From contig JBEIPA010000033.1 in assembly GCA_040377305.1 (NCBI GenBank), positions 1 through 56,518 of the forward strand: a stretch of DNA of 56,518 nt, read 5' to 3'. The notes beneath the pieces are model-generated. The model made no database searches. It was not told the origin of the DNA and saw only the letters and a program-made list of their open reading frames with translations. A program made the position numbers and the translations under genes. The stretch's first letter is position 1. Every line of letters begins with the position of its first letter. The stretch comes from Flavobacteriales bacterium. Its GTDB lineage: Bacteria; Bacteroidota; Bacteroidia; Palsa-965. This document shows positions 46,173 to 54,343 of this stretch, piece after piece.

Positions 46173-46685
46173 TTATTTCGCAGATGCGCGTTTAGAAGAC
46201 GCTTTGCGGTTGTTCATCTTTGAACGCACGGATTTTTTCGCAACACTAGTCTTTTTCGCGACTGCTTTTTTCACAGATCCGGTCTTTTTAGCGATAGCCT
46301 TTTTAGCATCGGATACTTTCGCGCTTACTGCTTTTTTAACAGCCCCATTACCGGTCGCTGCCTTTTTGCCTTCAACACCAACTGCGCGACCTGCACTTCG
46401 GATTGCACCACTCACTTTACGGTGTGCAGATTCTTCGGCCGCAAGCGTTGCATCCACAGCGCTCTTAGCACGTGAACGGATCGCCTTCTTAACATCTTCA
46501 ACTTTTTCACGAATGGTTTTCTTCGCGCTGTCAATTTCGCCGTTCGCAGACTTTTTCATACTGTCGACCATTTTCTTTCCTTTACCTGCAAGTTTCTTTA
46601 CTGTGCGGGAGCCCTTATCTGGTGCCAAGAGTATTCCGGTTGCAACACCGGCACCTCCAACTAGTGCTAATAATTTCTTATTCAT
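46173..46685 (-). CDS. YtxH-like protein with Lys/Ala-rich histone H1-like tail
   Basis: GAGVATGILLAPDKG..T..K; KKA/AKK repeats. Confidence 0.8.
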   Translation of the reverse strand: MNKKLLALVGGAGVATGILLAPDKGSRTVKKLAGKGKKMVDSMKKSANGEIDSAKKTIREKVEDVKKAIRSRAKSAVDATLAAEESAHRKVSGAIRSAGRAVGVEGKKAATGNGAVKKAVSAKVSDAKKAIAKKTGSVKKAVAKKTSVAKKSVRSKMNNRKASSKRASAK

Positions 46686-46711
46686 GGTTCATAGGTTTTG
46701 ATACTGTATAC

Positions 46712-46726
46712 TACAAGATTGTGCCA
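46712..46726 (-). promoter_or_regulatory. sigma54-like promoter
   Basis: TGGCACAATCTTGTA. Confidence 0.5.
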
Positions 46727-46851
46727 CGGTAATTAACTCTACAGTTTTCAGTTGGGTAGCGCCCCATTTCTGAAATTTGGGAACTTCTCAAATTGTGGAA
46801 ATAATTACCCAAAATGAGGAGTGAATGGCCCAGGTCACACTCTTTCCACAT

Positions 46852-46888
46852 AAAAAAATCCCAGCCATTGTAGGTGACCGGGATTTTT
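46852..46888 (-). terminator. Intrinsic terminator
   Basis: - strand AAAAATCCCGGTCA..TGGCTGGGATTTTTTT. Confidence 0.75.
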
Positions 46889-46903
46889 CAGACATCAATA
46901 TTT

Positions 46904-47059
46904 TCACATTGGACCTCTTCCGCGGATAAGCCGAAGCAGAATTGCAACCACGGCTATCACTAAAAGCACGTGAATGATTCCGCTCGTGCTGTATGCAAAA
47001 AATCCAATTGCCCAGGCAATGATCAGAACCACTGCAATGATGTATAAAAGGTTGCTCAT
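46904..47059 (-). CDS. lmo0937 (DUF5670) family small membrane protein, absent from ORF track
   Basis: MSNLLYIIAVVLIIAWAIGFFAYSTSGIIHVLLVIAVVAILLRLIRGRGPM (51 aa), hand-translated. Confidence 0.9.
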   Translation of the reverse strand: MSNLLYIIAVVLIIAWAIGFFAYSTSGIIHVLLVIAVVAILLRLIRGRGPM

Positions 47060-47091
47060 AGCGTTACGTTTTTTTATTTGTTCACACTGAA

Positions 47092-47106
47092 GAAATATTT
47101 ATGCCA
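47092..47106 (-). promoter_or_regulatory. sigma54-like promoter
   Basis: TGGCATAAATATTTC. Confidence 0.5.
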
Positions 47107-47113
47107 CCTTGCG

Positions 47114-48070
47114 TTACACATCCTTCGTTGGTTTCGTGTCTTTCTCAATTTCTGTATTTGATGAAACTTCTATGATGCGTTTCTCTACCCAGACGGCATA
47201 TTTATTCGGTTGAATTTTTCTACCCTTAAGCTTGATCCACGCTTGAGTCATTTCCGCCCCGAGATAGAGTATGATTGAGGAATAATATACCCAAAGTAGG
47301 ATGATAATTACCGCACCGGCAGATCCGTACATACTGATAATAGTGCTTTGACTCAGAATATATTCAATCACATATTTCCCGGCCATGAACAAAGCGGTTG
47401 TGATCGTTGCACTGAAGAAAATATCTCTCCAATGAATCTTTGCATCGGGCAATATTTTGAAGATCGTTCCGAACAATAAGATAAGCACAAGGGCCATCAC
47501 GATTTGATTCACCACGTAGTATAGCTGCATTGGAATCCAGGGCAAATTATTTTGTACGTTATCCGTAAGACTAGAAATCAAAGCATTTGCGATGAGAGAC
47601 ACGACAAATATGAATCCCAGTGAGAGTATAATGGAGAATGATAGCATGCGATTAATAAAGATCTTAAGAAGGCCTGTTCGTGGTTTTGTCTGCAGTCCCC
47701 AAATAGTATTCAGTGAATCCTGTATTTCCCCGAATACTCCGGTTGCACTGATAGCAAGCACTACTACTCCCAACACCTTCGTCCAAAATGAAGTGTAATC
47801 AAATTTGGTATGAATAAGGATTTCCTGAATTTGTTTAGCCGCCTCCGGACCTAATACAGCAGTCATCTGTACGAGAAGGTCTGATTCTATGCGCGATGGT
47901 GTATAGAACACCGAGCAAATCCACAATACAATGATCATCAAAGCAGGTAAGGCGATCAAGGTGCTGAACGCAAGTGCAGCGGCAAGCCTGAGAACTTTGT
48001 CTGCATTAAACCCGTGTGCTGTTTCAGTAATGAACTCTGTGGCGCGGTTTTGCGGAATCTTGAATTTCAT
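47114..48070 (-). CDS. YihY/virulence factor BrkB family membrane protein
   Basis: AAALAF, QDSLNTIW, FK.LPD, YGSAG..IIILLWVYYS..I...GAE. Confidence 0.92.
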   Translation of the reverse strand: MKFKIPQNRATEFITETAHGFNADKVLRLAAALAFSTLIALPALMIIVLWICSVFYTPSRIESDLLVQMTAVLGPEAAKQIQEILIHTKFDYTSFWTKVLGVVVLAISATGVFGEIQDSLNTIWGLQTKPRTGLLKIFINRMLSFSIILSLGFIFVVSLIANALISSLTDNVQNNLPWIPMQLYYVVNQIVMALVLILLFGTIFKILPDAKIHWRDIFFSATITTALFMAGKYVIEYILSQSTIISMYGSAGAVIIILLWVYYSSIILYLGAEMTQAWIKLKGRKIQPNKYAVWVEKRIIEVSSNTEIEKDTKPTKDV

Positions 48071-48092
48071 GAATTTCGTTTCACACGTCATG

Positions 48093-48126
48093 TCAAAAAC
48101 AGTTCCCCTTTTGGCACGGTTTTGAA
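48093..48126. promoter_or_regulatory. Back-to-back divergent sigma54-like promoters
   Basis: GGGAACTGTTTTTGA (-) 48093-48107 and TGGCACGGTTTTGAA (+) 48112-48126. Confidence 0.55.
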
Positions 48127-48167
48127 CTCCCTATGATATTAACCAGTTATTATTCAAGGTATTTATC

Positions 48168-49352
48168 ATGGAACCGAAGACTACCAGTAACCCTCCCGAT
48201 CGCATTATTCGTCGCAAAAGGAAGTGGAAGATTATACTTATTGTACTTGGAGTACTTATCTGTGTGCGTATTGCGCTTCCGTATGTAATCCTTCACTACG
48301 CAAATAAGAAACTTGCAACATTAGATGGATATTATGGACATATCGATGATATTGATCTGAATCTGTATCGTGGTGCGTATGTGATCAACGACATCTTTAT
48401 AAATAATGTAGAAGACGATGACACCTCAGAATACTTTAAATGTCCACGCATAGATTTATCTGTAGAATGGGATGCCATTCTTAATGGGAAGATTGTCGGT
48501 GAAGTGGAATTCGAAAAGCCGGTCATCAATTATACGATGGGTAAAGAAATCGGAAAAGGCGAGATCAAAGACGATTCAGCCAATTTCATTCAACTCATTA
48601 AGGATTTTATGCCACTTGAAATAAACAGGTTCGCTGTTAGTGATGGAGAAATTCACTATGTAGATCCCACTAAAGGACCAGGTATTGATATTCCGATGAC
48701 TGCAGTTAATATTGAAGGAACTGGTCTGACAAATGAACCGGATTCAGGAGTAGTGCTTCCGGCCAATATCAAAATGGACGCTTCGCTATATAATGGAAAG
48801 CTAACTATTCTGACGAAGCTTGATCCATTGAATGCAATGCCGACGTTTGATCTTAATGCTACGCTTACTAATACAGACCTTACCAATTTCAACACACTTT
48901 TCAATGCATACAGCAAGTTTGATGTGGAGCAGGGAAGTATGGGATTGTATTGTGAAGTTGCGGCGCGTGATGGAGCATTTACGGGATATGTTAAACCGCT
49001 GATGACTGATGTGAAAATTTTGCGGTTGTCTTCGGAGGAAGGCGGAGTAGCGCAGATCGTTTGGGAAGCCTTTCTCGGTGGAGTTGTCGAAGTTTTTGAG
49101 AATCAACCAAAAGATCAGTTCGCAACGAAAGTGCAGTTCGATGGCAAATTTAAAGATCCGAAAGTGGACGTCGTTAAGGCAATTTTCGCCGTACTGCGCA
49201 ATGCATTTGTAGAAGCACTCAAACCTTCATTGGACAATGATGTGAATATTGAAACTGTCGGTGAACCGGATAAGGATAAAGAGAAGAAAGGGTTGTTCGA
49301 TCGTCTTTTCAACGGAGATGATAAAAAGAAAAAGAAAAGGAAGAATAAATAG
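48168..49352 (+). CDS. DUF748 domain (AsmA-like) protein
   Basis: N-terminal TM, GHIDDIDL.LYRGAY, GYVKP, ENQPKDQFAT, LRNAF. Confidence 0.8.
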   Translation: MEPKTTSNPPDRIIRRKRKWKIILIVLGVLICVRIALPYVILHYANKKLATLDGYYGHIDDIDLNLYRGAYVINDIFINNVEDDDTSEYFKCPRIDLSVEWDAILNGKIVGEVEFEKPVINYTMGKEIGKGEIKDDSANFIQLIKDFMPLEINRFAVSDGEIHYVDPTKGPGIDIPMTAVNIEGTGLTNEPDSGVVLPANIKMDASLYNGKLTILTKLDPLNAMPTFDLNATLTNTDLTNFNTLFNAYSKFDVEQGSMGLYCEVAARDGAFTGYVKPLMTDVKILRLSSEEGGVAQIVWEAFLGGVVEVFENQPKDQFATKVQFDGKFKDPKVDVVKAIFAVLRNAFVEALKPSLDNDVNIETVGEPDKDKEKKGLFDRLFNGDDKKKKKRKNK

Positions 49353-49354
49353 TT

Positions 49355-50257
49355 ATGGCACGTAAAGGACGAATCTTTCTTATTTCTTTAGCACTACTGA
49401 TTATCGCCTTCGTAATTTTCCGGAAGCCTATATTACGGGCTACCATGCCTGTGGTGGAAGAAGTGACATTGGCTGAAGTGTCAATCGTAAACGATAGTGC
49501 ATTTGTTAATCTGTCGCTGATTGTTCGCAACAGAGGAGTTTGGCGGATCGAGCTAAAGAGCGTGGACATTGGCGTATTCGACGACACCCTTCAGATATTT
49601 TCTTATAAAAGCGATACGCTAAGAATTCTAGAGCGTAATCAGGTTTTAAAAGAACAATTGTACTGTAAAATTCCCTTTAAAGATGTACTGAAAAAGATCA
49701 GGGAACATCAAGGGCAAGACACGATTGGACTGCATTTGAAAGGTGTTTTGGTCTTTTCAACTTTTCTTGGGGAATCCAGTACCGTAATTGATAAAGTCAT
49801 TCCTGTTAACGTTCCGATTCCGCCGCAAGTACATGTACGTGGCATTGAGTATCTGGGAAGAGAAGACGGTGATTATAACCTGATGTTCTCACTGACATTA
49901 AAGAATGAAAATGCTCGCGAAATTGAACTGGAAGATGTGAATTATCAATTACACGCCGGAACTAACATCGACTTAACCGGGCATCTCAACGACATTTCCA
50001 TAGCTGCACGCGACTCCACTCAACTTAAAGTACCGGCCGTAATGCACATTGGTAGTGGCTTAAAGGTTATTTCTCAGATTATTTTTGATAACGATCGGAT
50101 GCCATATAGCTTTGTGATGACAGGCACGATTGTTACTTTAACCGGAATGGTTCATGAAGATGTGCCTATGAAAGTTACTTCGACGGGTCAGTTGGAGTTA
50201 TACAACGAGAATAAAAAGGAAAAAACAAAATTTACATTTAGAAAAAAGAATCGCTGA
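49355..50257 (+). CDS. Hypothetical protein with two LEA_2/WHy-like domains
   Basis: N-terminal TM, two beta-rich repeats with L.V.N / L.L.N.N...Y.L pattern. Confidence 0.6.
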   Translation: MARKGRIFLISLALLIIAFVIFRKPILRATMPVVEEVTLAEVSIVNDSAFVNLSLIVRNRGVWRIELKSVDIGVFDDTLQIFSYKSDTLRILERNQVLKEQLYCKIPFKDVLKKIREHQGQDTIGLHLKGVLVFSTFLGESSTVIDKVIPVNVPIPPQVHVRGIEYLGREDGDYNLMFSLTLKNENAREIELEDVNYQLHAGTNIDLTGHLNDISIAARDSTQLKVPAVMHIGSGLKVISQIIFDNDRMPYSFVMTGTIVTLTGMVHEDVPMKVTSTGQLELYNENKKEKTKFTFRKKNR

Positions 50258-50262
50258 TACAT

Positions 50263-51315
50263 ATGTCCAACGCACCTAAAGGAGTCATTAGCTTACTGAT
50301 ATTCGGAAATGCAGATTTTCCTGTGCTTCCGGCGCCGTTTCAGTGCATGATTCATTCAACATTAAAAGGAGCTGGCGATTACATTGCAAAAGTTCCTGTG
50401 GAAGTAATTTTTGTGGGAGTGTCGGAATCAGAACCTTCACTTTCGAATAATCTGAAACGATTTGCCAAGCTATCACCAACATCGGCGCTCGTTGCACTGG
50501 TCAAAGATTTTCCGGAAGCAGATGTAGCGTTCTGCGAAGGCGCTGCCGATTGTATTTTGGTTGATCGCTTAACTGCCGAGATTGCTTCAGAGAAAGCATG
50601 TTTTGCTATTGCTCGCATGCGTTATCTCAAGCACGGTGGCGAACATCACTTGTATACATACAGTGATCTTGCTGCAATTGCCCGTGTATTGTCTCACGAT
50701 ATCAGAAATTCATTGTCTGGAATTGTATTAAGTATTGAACCGATCAAACAAGCTTGCGCCAAAGACGAAGATGCATTGTCGTATATCGACATTCTCGAAC
50801 GTTCGGCAACAAAACTCAACCAGGTTGTGAACCGTTTTTCGCTGGCAACCGGTAATATCGCAGTCAAAGCAACCGAACAGGATTTCAATGAAATTGTGCG
50901 TAATGCACTCACCTTATTGCTGCCCAACTCTACCAAGGACGCGAAGCTCATTACAAAATATGCTGAACAGAGTACGTTCCTTTCTCTTGACAAAGAAAAA
51001 ATACCAACTGCAATAGCCAATCTGATTTCTAATGCAGTCGACGCAATTGAAGGACATCCTAGCGCAGAGATCCGGATTTCTACTTCCGTCGACAGCGAAG
51101 CAGCAACACTTACGATTCGTGATAATGGTCATGGAATAGACTATACAACGCTGCAGAATATTTTCCGTCCATTCTTCACCACACAACCCGGTAAAGCAGG
51201 TTTAGGATTGCCCATTGCTTACAGCATCATCAGTGCTCACGGTGGTACGCTTCGAATTAACAGCGACAGTGGCGGCGGTACCGAAGTCATTTGTCGTTTC
51301 CCTCTTAAAAAGTAG
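50263..51315 (+). CDS. Histidine kinase with degenerate N-terminal receiver-like domain
   Basis: SHDIRNSL, NLISNAVDA, DNGHG, PFFTT, GLGL. Confidence 0.88.
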   Translation: MSNAPKGVISLLIFGNADFPVLPAPFQCMIHSTLKGAGDYIAKVPVEVIFVGVSESEPSLSNNLKRFAKLSPTSALVALVKDFPEADVAFCEGAADCILVDRLTAEIASEKACFAIARMRYLKHGGEHHLYTYSDLAAIARVLSHDIRNSLSGIVLSIEPIKQACAKDEDALSYIDILERSATKLNQVVNRFSLATGNIAVKATEQDFNEIVRNALTLLLPNSTKDAKLITKYAEQSTFLSLDKEKIPTAIANLISNAVDAIEGHPSAEIRISTSVDSEAATLTIRDNGHGIDYTTLQNIFRPFFTTQPGKAGLGLPIAYSIISAHGGTLRINSDSGGGTEVICRFPLKK

Positions 51316-51397
51316 TTGTCATTGCCTTCTTGATTAATTTTCAATTCAAGACGACAATCACTTTGTTTTTCATAATTGGACAACAGGTCTTAAAACG

Positions 51398-51435
51398 AAA
51401 AAGTAGGCAAATCGTATTGCTACAATTTGCCTACT
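51398..51435 (-). terminator. Intrinsic terminator between convergent genes
   Basis: AGTAGGCAAAT/ATTTGCCTACT stem with A tract on the left. Confidence 0.75.
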
Positions 51436-51460
51436 CTATTACTATTCTACTTAAAACCTT

Positions 51461-51916
51461 CTAAGCGCGATCACGCATAGACTTAATCAAATCATGTCCT
51501 TCCTGCAACGCCATTCTCTGTTGGCGAATAATAGCAAGTACATCTGATGGAATATCTTCTGTATCGGCGAGCACATCGTCGTAAGTTTTCTTAGCAACGT
51601 CTTCTCCGAATTCACAAGAGTTCAACACTGCTTTGCGGTTATTTCCAGAAAGTGCAGCTTTCATATCCATCCAGACACGATATAGTTTGCCGGATAGCTT
51701 TGTTTTTTCTTCATCAGGAAGTTTGTCCCAATCACCAATGAAATCTTTCAGTTGGTTCGAGAATGTTTTGCTCTGTGTGCTGAATCGCGTGAAGATGATA
51801 CGAAGATCATTGTCCTTAGCTTCATCTGCAGCAGTGGCATATCCTTCAGTGCGGTCGTGGTTGATGATGATCAACTCACGAATTACTTTGTCGGATTTTT
51901 CAGTTGTCGTTTTCAT
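51461..51916 (-). CDS. PA2169 family (DUF2383) ferritin-like four-helix-bundle protein
   Basis: IN.DR..GY..A, G.LYRVWMD.KAA, CEFGED.A...Y. Confidence 0.9.
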   Translation of the reverse strand: MKTTTEKSDKVIRELIIINHDRTEGYATAADEAKDNDLRIIFTRFSTQSKTFSNQLKDFIGDWDKLPDEEKTKLSGKLYRVWMDMKAALSGNNRKAVLNSCEFGEDVAKKTYDDVLADTEDIPSDVLAIIRQQRMALQEGHDLIKSMRDRA

Positions 51917-51943
51917 TGTATAATTTTATTTTAGTGAGTAAAC

Positions 51944-51986
51944 AAAAAAAACTACCCACCTCAACGTCTGGAGAGAGGCGGGCAGT
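51944..51986 (-). terminator. Intrinsic terminator after lipoprotein gene
   Basis: - strand ACTGCCCGCCTC...GAGGTGGGTAG followed by T8. Confidence 0.7.
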
Positions 51987-51995
51987 AAAGAGGAC

Positions 51996-52391
51996 CTACT
52001 GAAGAGTAAGTTCCTGCATTAAGTTTTCCCCGCCTTGTACCTGAACAACACCTTCACCGTGGTAAGGAATGTTGTTGATAGTAATATCGGCGCGGTAATA
52101 ATAATTGTCCTGATTCAATAAGCCAAAGTCAACTTTACCGTTCGCGTCTGTAATGCGTGTTGCGAGGTACGTACCGCTGTTCAGCTCCTGCTGTGTCAAC
52201 GCTACAGAAATTGTTACACCCTGAATATCTGCATTTGATCCGTTAACTACGTGAAATGCAAGACCGCCTCTATAAGACAGGTTAGGTGAAGTTGATGAGC
52301 CTGTTTCGTCAATGTCGTTCTTCTGACAACTTTGAAGCGTTGCCATACTGCACAACACAAGGACGCATGCAAAAAATTTGAAGAGTTTCAT
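51996..52391 (-). CDS. Hypothetical lipoprotein (prealbumin/carboxypeptidase-regulatory-like fold possible)
   Basis: LQS-C lipobox, TDANG.V.F..L....YY. Confidence 0.75.
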   Translation of the reverse strand: MKLFKFFACVLVLCSMATLQSCQKNDIDETGSSTSPNLSYRGGLAFHVVNGSNADIQGVTISVALTQQELNSGTYLATRITDANGKVDFGLLNQDNYYYRADITINNIPYHGEGVVQVQGGENLMQELTLQ

Positions 52392-52635
52392 GGTTTTGTG
52401 TTTTTGGTTCTGTTAGATAGTGTTAGGATTTTACTCCTGATACGGCTTTTTGCCACATCCTCAATTTCAATTGATGAACCACTTCGACCGAACGACAGAT
52501 TTTCGCGATTGCTGTTGGCTATCATTCGATTTTATAGTCATGCAGCAAGACAGAGGGAGGAAAAATCACCACACTTTGAGTAGTGAAGGCAACCTTTATT
52601 GACTAGTTGACTGGAATTACCGAAGTAGAAGTTTG

Positions 52636-52650
52636 CGGAATTGTTTTTGC
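52636..52650 (+). promoter_or_regulatory. sigma54-like promoter
   Basis: CGGAATTGTTTTTGC (GG-N10-GC). Confidence 0.55.
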
Positions 52651-52675
52651 GTATGCTGTATAAACAATATCACCT

Positions 52676-53026
52676 ATGAAAAGTTCAAGTAAAAAAATGG
52701 AAACCGTGTCGGAGTATATCAATTGGGCACGTACTGAAGGATATGATATGGATTTCAATGTCTGCGATAAGAAAATTTGCTCTACTGACGATCCGAAGAA
52801 AACCTATCTGTCAAAAGATGCGAAGATCGTTGGCTTCTCTCGTTTCGAAGGAGACAGTGACCCTGGCGATAACTCAATCGTTTACATGATTGAAACCAGC
52901 GATGGTAAAAAAGGAACTCTGGTTGATGGCTATGGCCCGACTGCAGATCCTGACATGGCGAATTTCCTTAAGAGTATTTACCAGGACATTCGCTACAACC
53001 CTGAATCGCAGAATGGCGCTGTGTAA
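52676..53026 (+). CDS. Conserved hypothetical protein (RFEG.SDP.D family)
   Basis: GY..DF, RFEGDSDPGDNSIVY.IE..DG.KGTLVDGYG. Confidence 0.8.
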   Translation: MKSSSKKMETVSEYINWARTEGYDMDFNVCDKKICSTDDPKKTYLSKDAKIVGFSRFEGDSDPGDNSIVYMIETSDGKKGTLVDGYGPTADPDMANFLKSIYQDIRYNPESQNGAV

Positions 53027-53051
53027 AGAGTTTGTAGTAGAGTTCCTAATC

Positions 53052-53084
53052 AAAAATGAGCATCCATACCAGATGCTCATTTTT
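53052..53084 (+). terminator. Bidirectional-type terminator
   Basis: AAAAATGAGCATC..GATGCTCATTTTT. Confidence 0.75.
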
Positions 53085-53105
53085 ATTTCCTGCTAGGTGT
53101 TAATG

Positions 53106-53134
53106 AAAATGGACATCAGTTACGATGTCCATTT
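53106..53134 (-). terminator. Second hairpin between convergent genes
   Basis: AAATGGACATC..GATGTCCATTT. Confidence 0.6.
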
Positions 53135-53202
53135 AATTGTACTTAACAGATGATGCGTGGTCATTATTCCCTAAGGGCATTTCACCACTTCAGGCTGTTG
53201 TG

Positions 53203-53628
53203 TTATGCCGACTTACGGTGATCTTCGTTTCCTTCTGAGAACTCATCATCACCCTTCGACTCACCAGTAATTCCCTGATCATCGATGTCTTGTTCTTCGA
53301 GAGATCCGATTTCCTCATCCGAGTTTTTTTCTCCCTGTGCAGGGTTTCTCTTCATGTCCGGATTTTTCTGATTGGTGTCTTTACTCAAAGGACCTTTTTC
53401 AGTTTCAGGTTTTGTTGGATCTGGATCGTTCTTTTTTTCAGGTGTTGTCGGATCTGGATTCTTCCAAGCTTCATCGTGTTTTGGTTTCGATTCACCAAAT
53501 TTGTTTCCATCAGGATTTTTTTCTGTGCCCGTGTTCTTCCCGGTATTGACCTCAGTATTTTTATCGTTACCTGAGTTTTTGCCTGTATTACCGCCGGAAT
53601 TCTGTCCTGGATTTTTCTGATCTTTCAT
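53203..53628 (-). CDS. Hydrophilic low-complexity (hydrophilin-like) protein
   Basis: Rich in N/K/D/E/G/P, KNP/KNT/PDPT repeats; A-rich leader and upstream promoter motif. Confidence 0.7.
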   Translation of the reverse strand: MKDQKNPGQNSGGNTGKNSGNDKNTEVNTGKNTGTEKNPDGNKFGESKPKHDEAWKNPDPTTPEKKNDPDPTKPETEKGPLSKDTNQKNPDMKRNPAQGEKNSDEEIGSLEEQDIDDQGITGESKGDDEFSEGNEDHRKSA

Positions 53629-53665
53629 GATTGTCGTTTTTTAATTGTGTGAACAATCAGAATAA

Positions 53666-53680
53666 CGAAATTTCGTGCCC
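53666..53680 (-). promoter_or_regulatory. sigma54-like promoter
   Basis: GGGCACGAAATTTCG. Confidence 0.4.
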
Positions 53681-53847
53681 CAATTTTATCTCCACTCAGA
53701 ATCAGCAGAGTTAGGTTTATTAACACATGGTAGGAGTGGAGTGAATTCTACAAAATAGCCGCAGCATTTCCCGCAGTAACAAAGAATTAGTTCGGCAACG
53801 ACTATTTTGGAATGGTCGTTATTCGAATGCCGGATCAGCACATCAGT

Positions 53848-54078
53848 TCACTCGTGATTGTAATAGAAAGTCAAGGCCTTACTCGGACATTGTTCCACCT
53901 GTTGAACGATTCTTTCGGTGCTCGCACCTTCGGGTTTTATCCATGGTTTCTCCATCGGATTAAAAACATCAATCAATCCTCCATGTCCTTTCCAGCATTT
54001 AGTCGAATGCGTACACATTGCAGGTTTCCAAACTATCGTGATTTCTCCGTTCGTGTATTTCTTGATGATGTTTTCCAT
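53848..54078 (-). CDS. Divergent 4Fe-4S mono-cluster protein (Fer4_19/YjdI-like)
   Basis: Y.N.EIT.VW.P..C.HS..C, VF.P..KPWI, QCPS.AL. Confidence 0.88.
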   Translation of the reverse strand: MENIIKKYTNGEITIVWKPAMCTHSTKCWKGHGGLIDVFNPMEKPWIKPEGASTERIVQQVEQCPSKALTFYYNHE

Positions 54079-54343
54079 GTACGCAATCTAGCAAAAATCT
54101 CTACTATACTCTGCGTAGGAGCCTTCACTAAGCTTTCCACGCAGGGCGATTCTGTGGAGTATAACTGGCACGTCTTTTTCAAAGCAATTGTCAACACCGC
54201 CATTGGCAAATAGGTTCTTGTTCTCAATTTTGTGGAATTCGGCAATATCCCATCAAAATATGCCTATTCTAAAGGGTCGGACGGTTAGGAATTGACTCTG
54301 TAATTTTCAACCTTTACATACATTAGAAACCAAACGCAATCTC

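Noticed and set aside
45374-52455. Further sigma54-like motifs at 45374-45389 and 52441-52455
   Set aside because: TGGCA present but -12 part mis-spaced or poor; not counted.
52676-53026. Phosphoribosylpyrophosphate synthetase (label I recall being attached to this family)
   Set aside because: 116 aa with no PRPP synthetase motifs.
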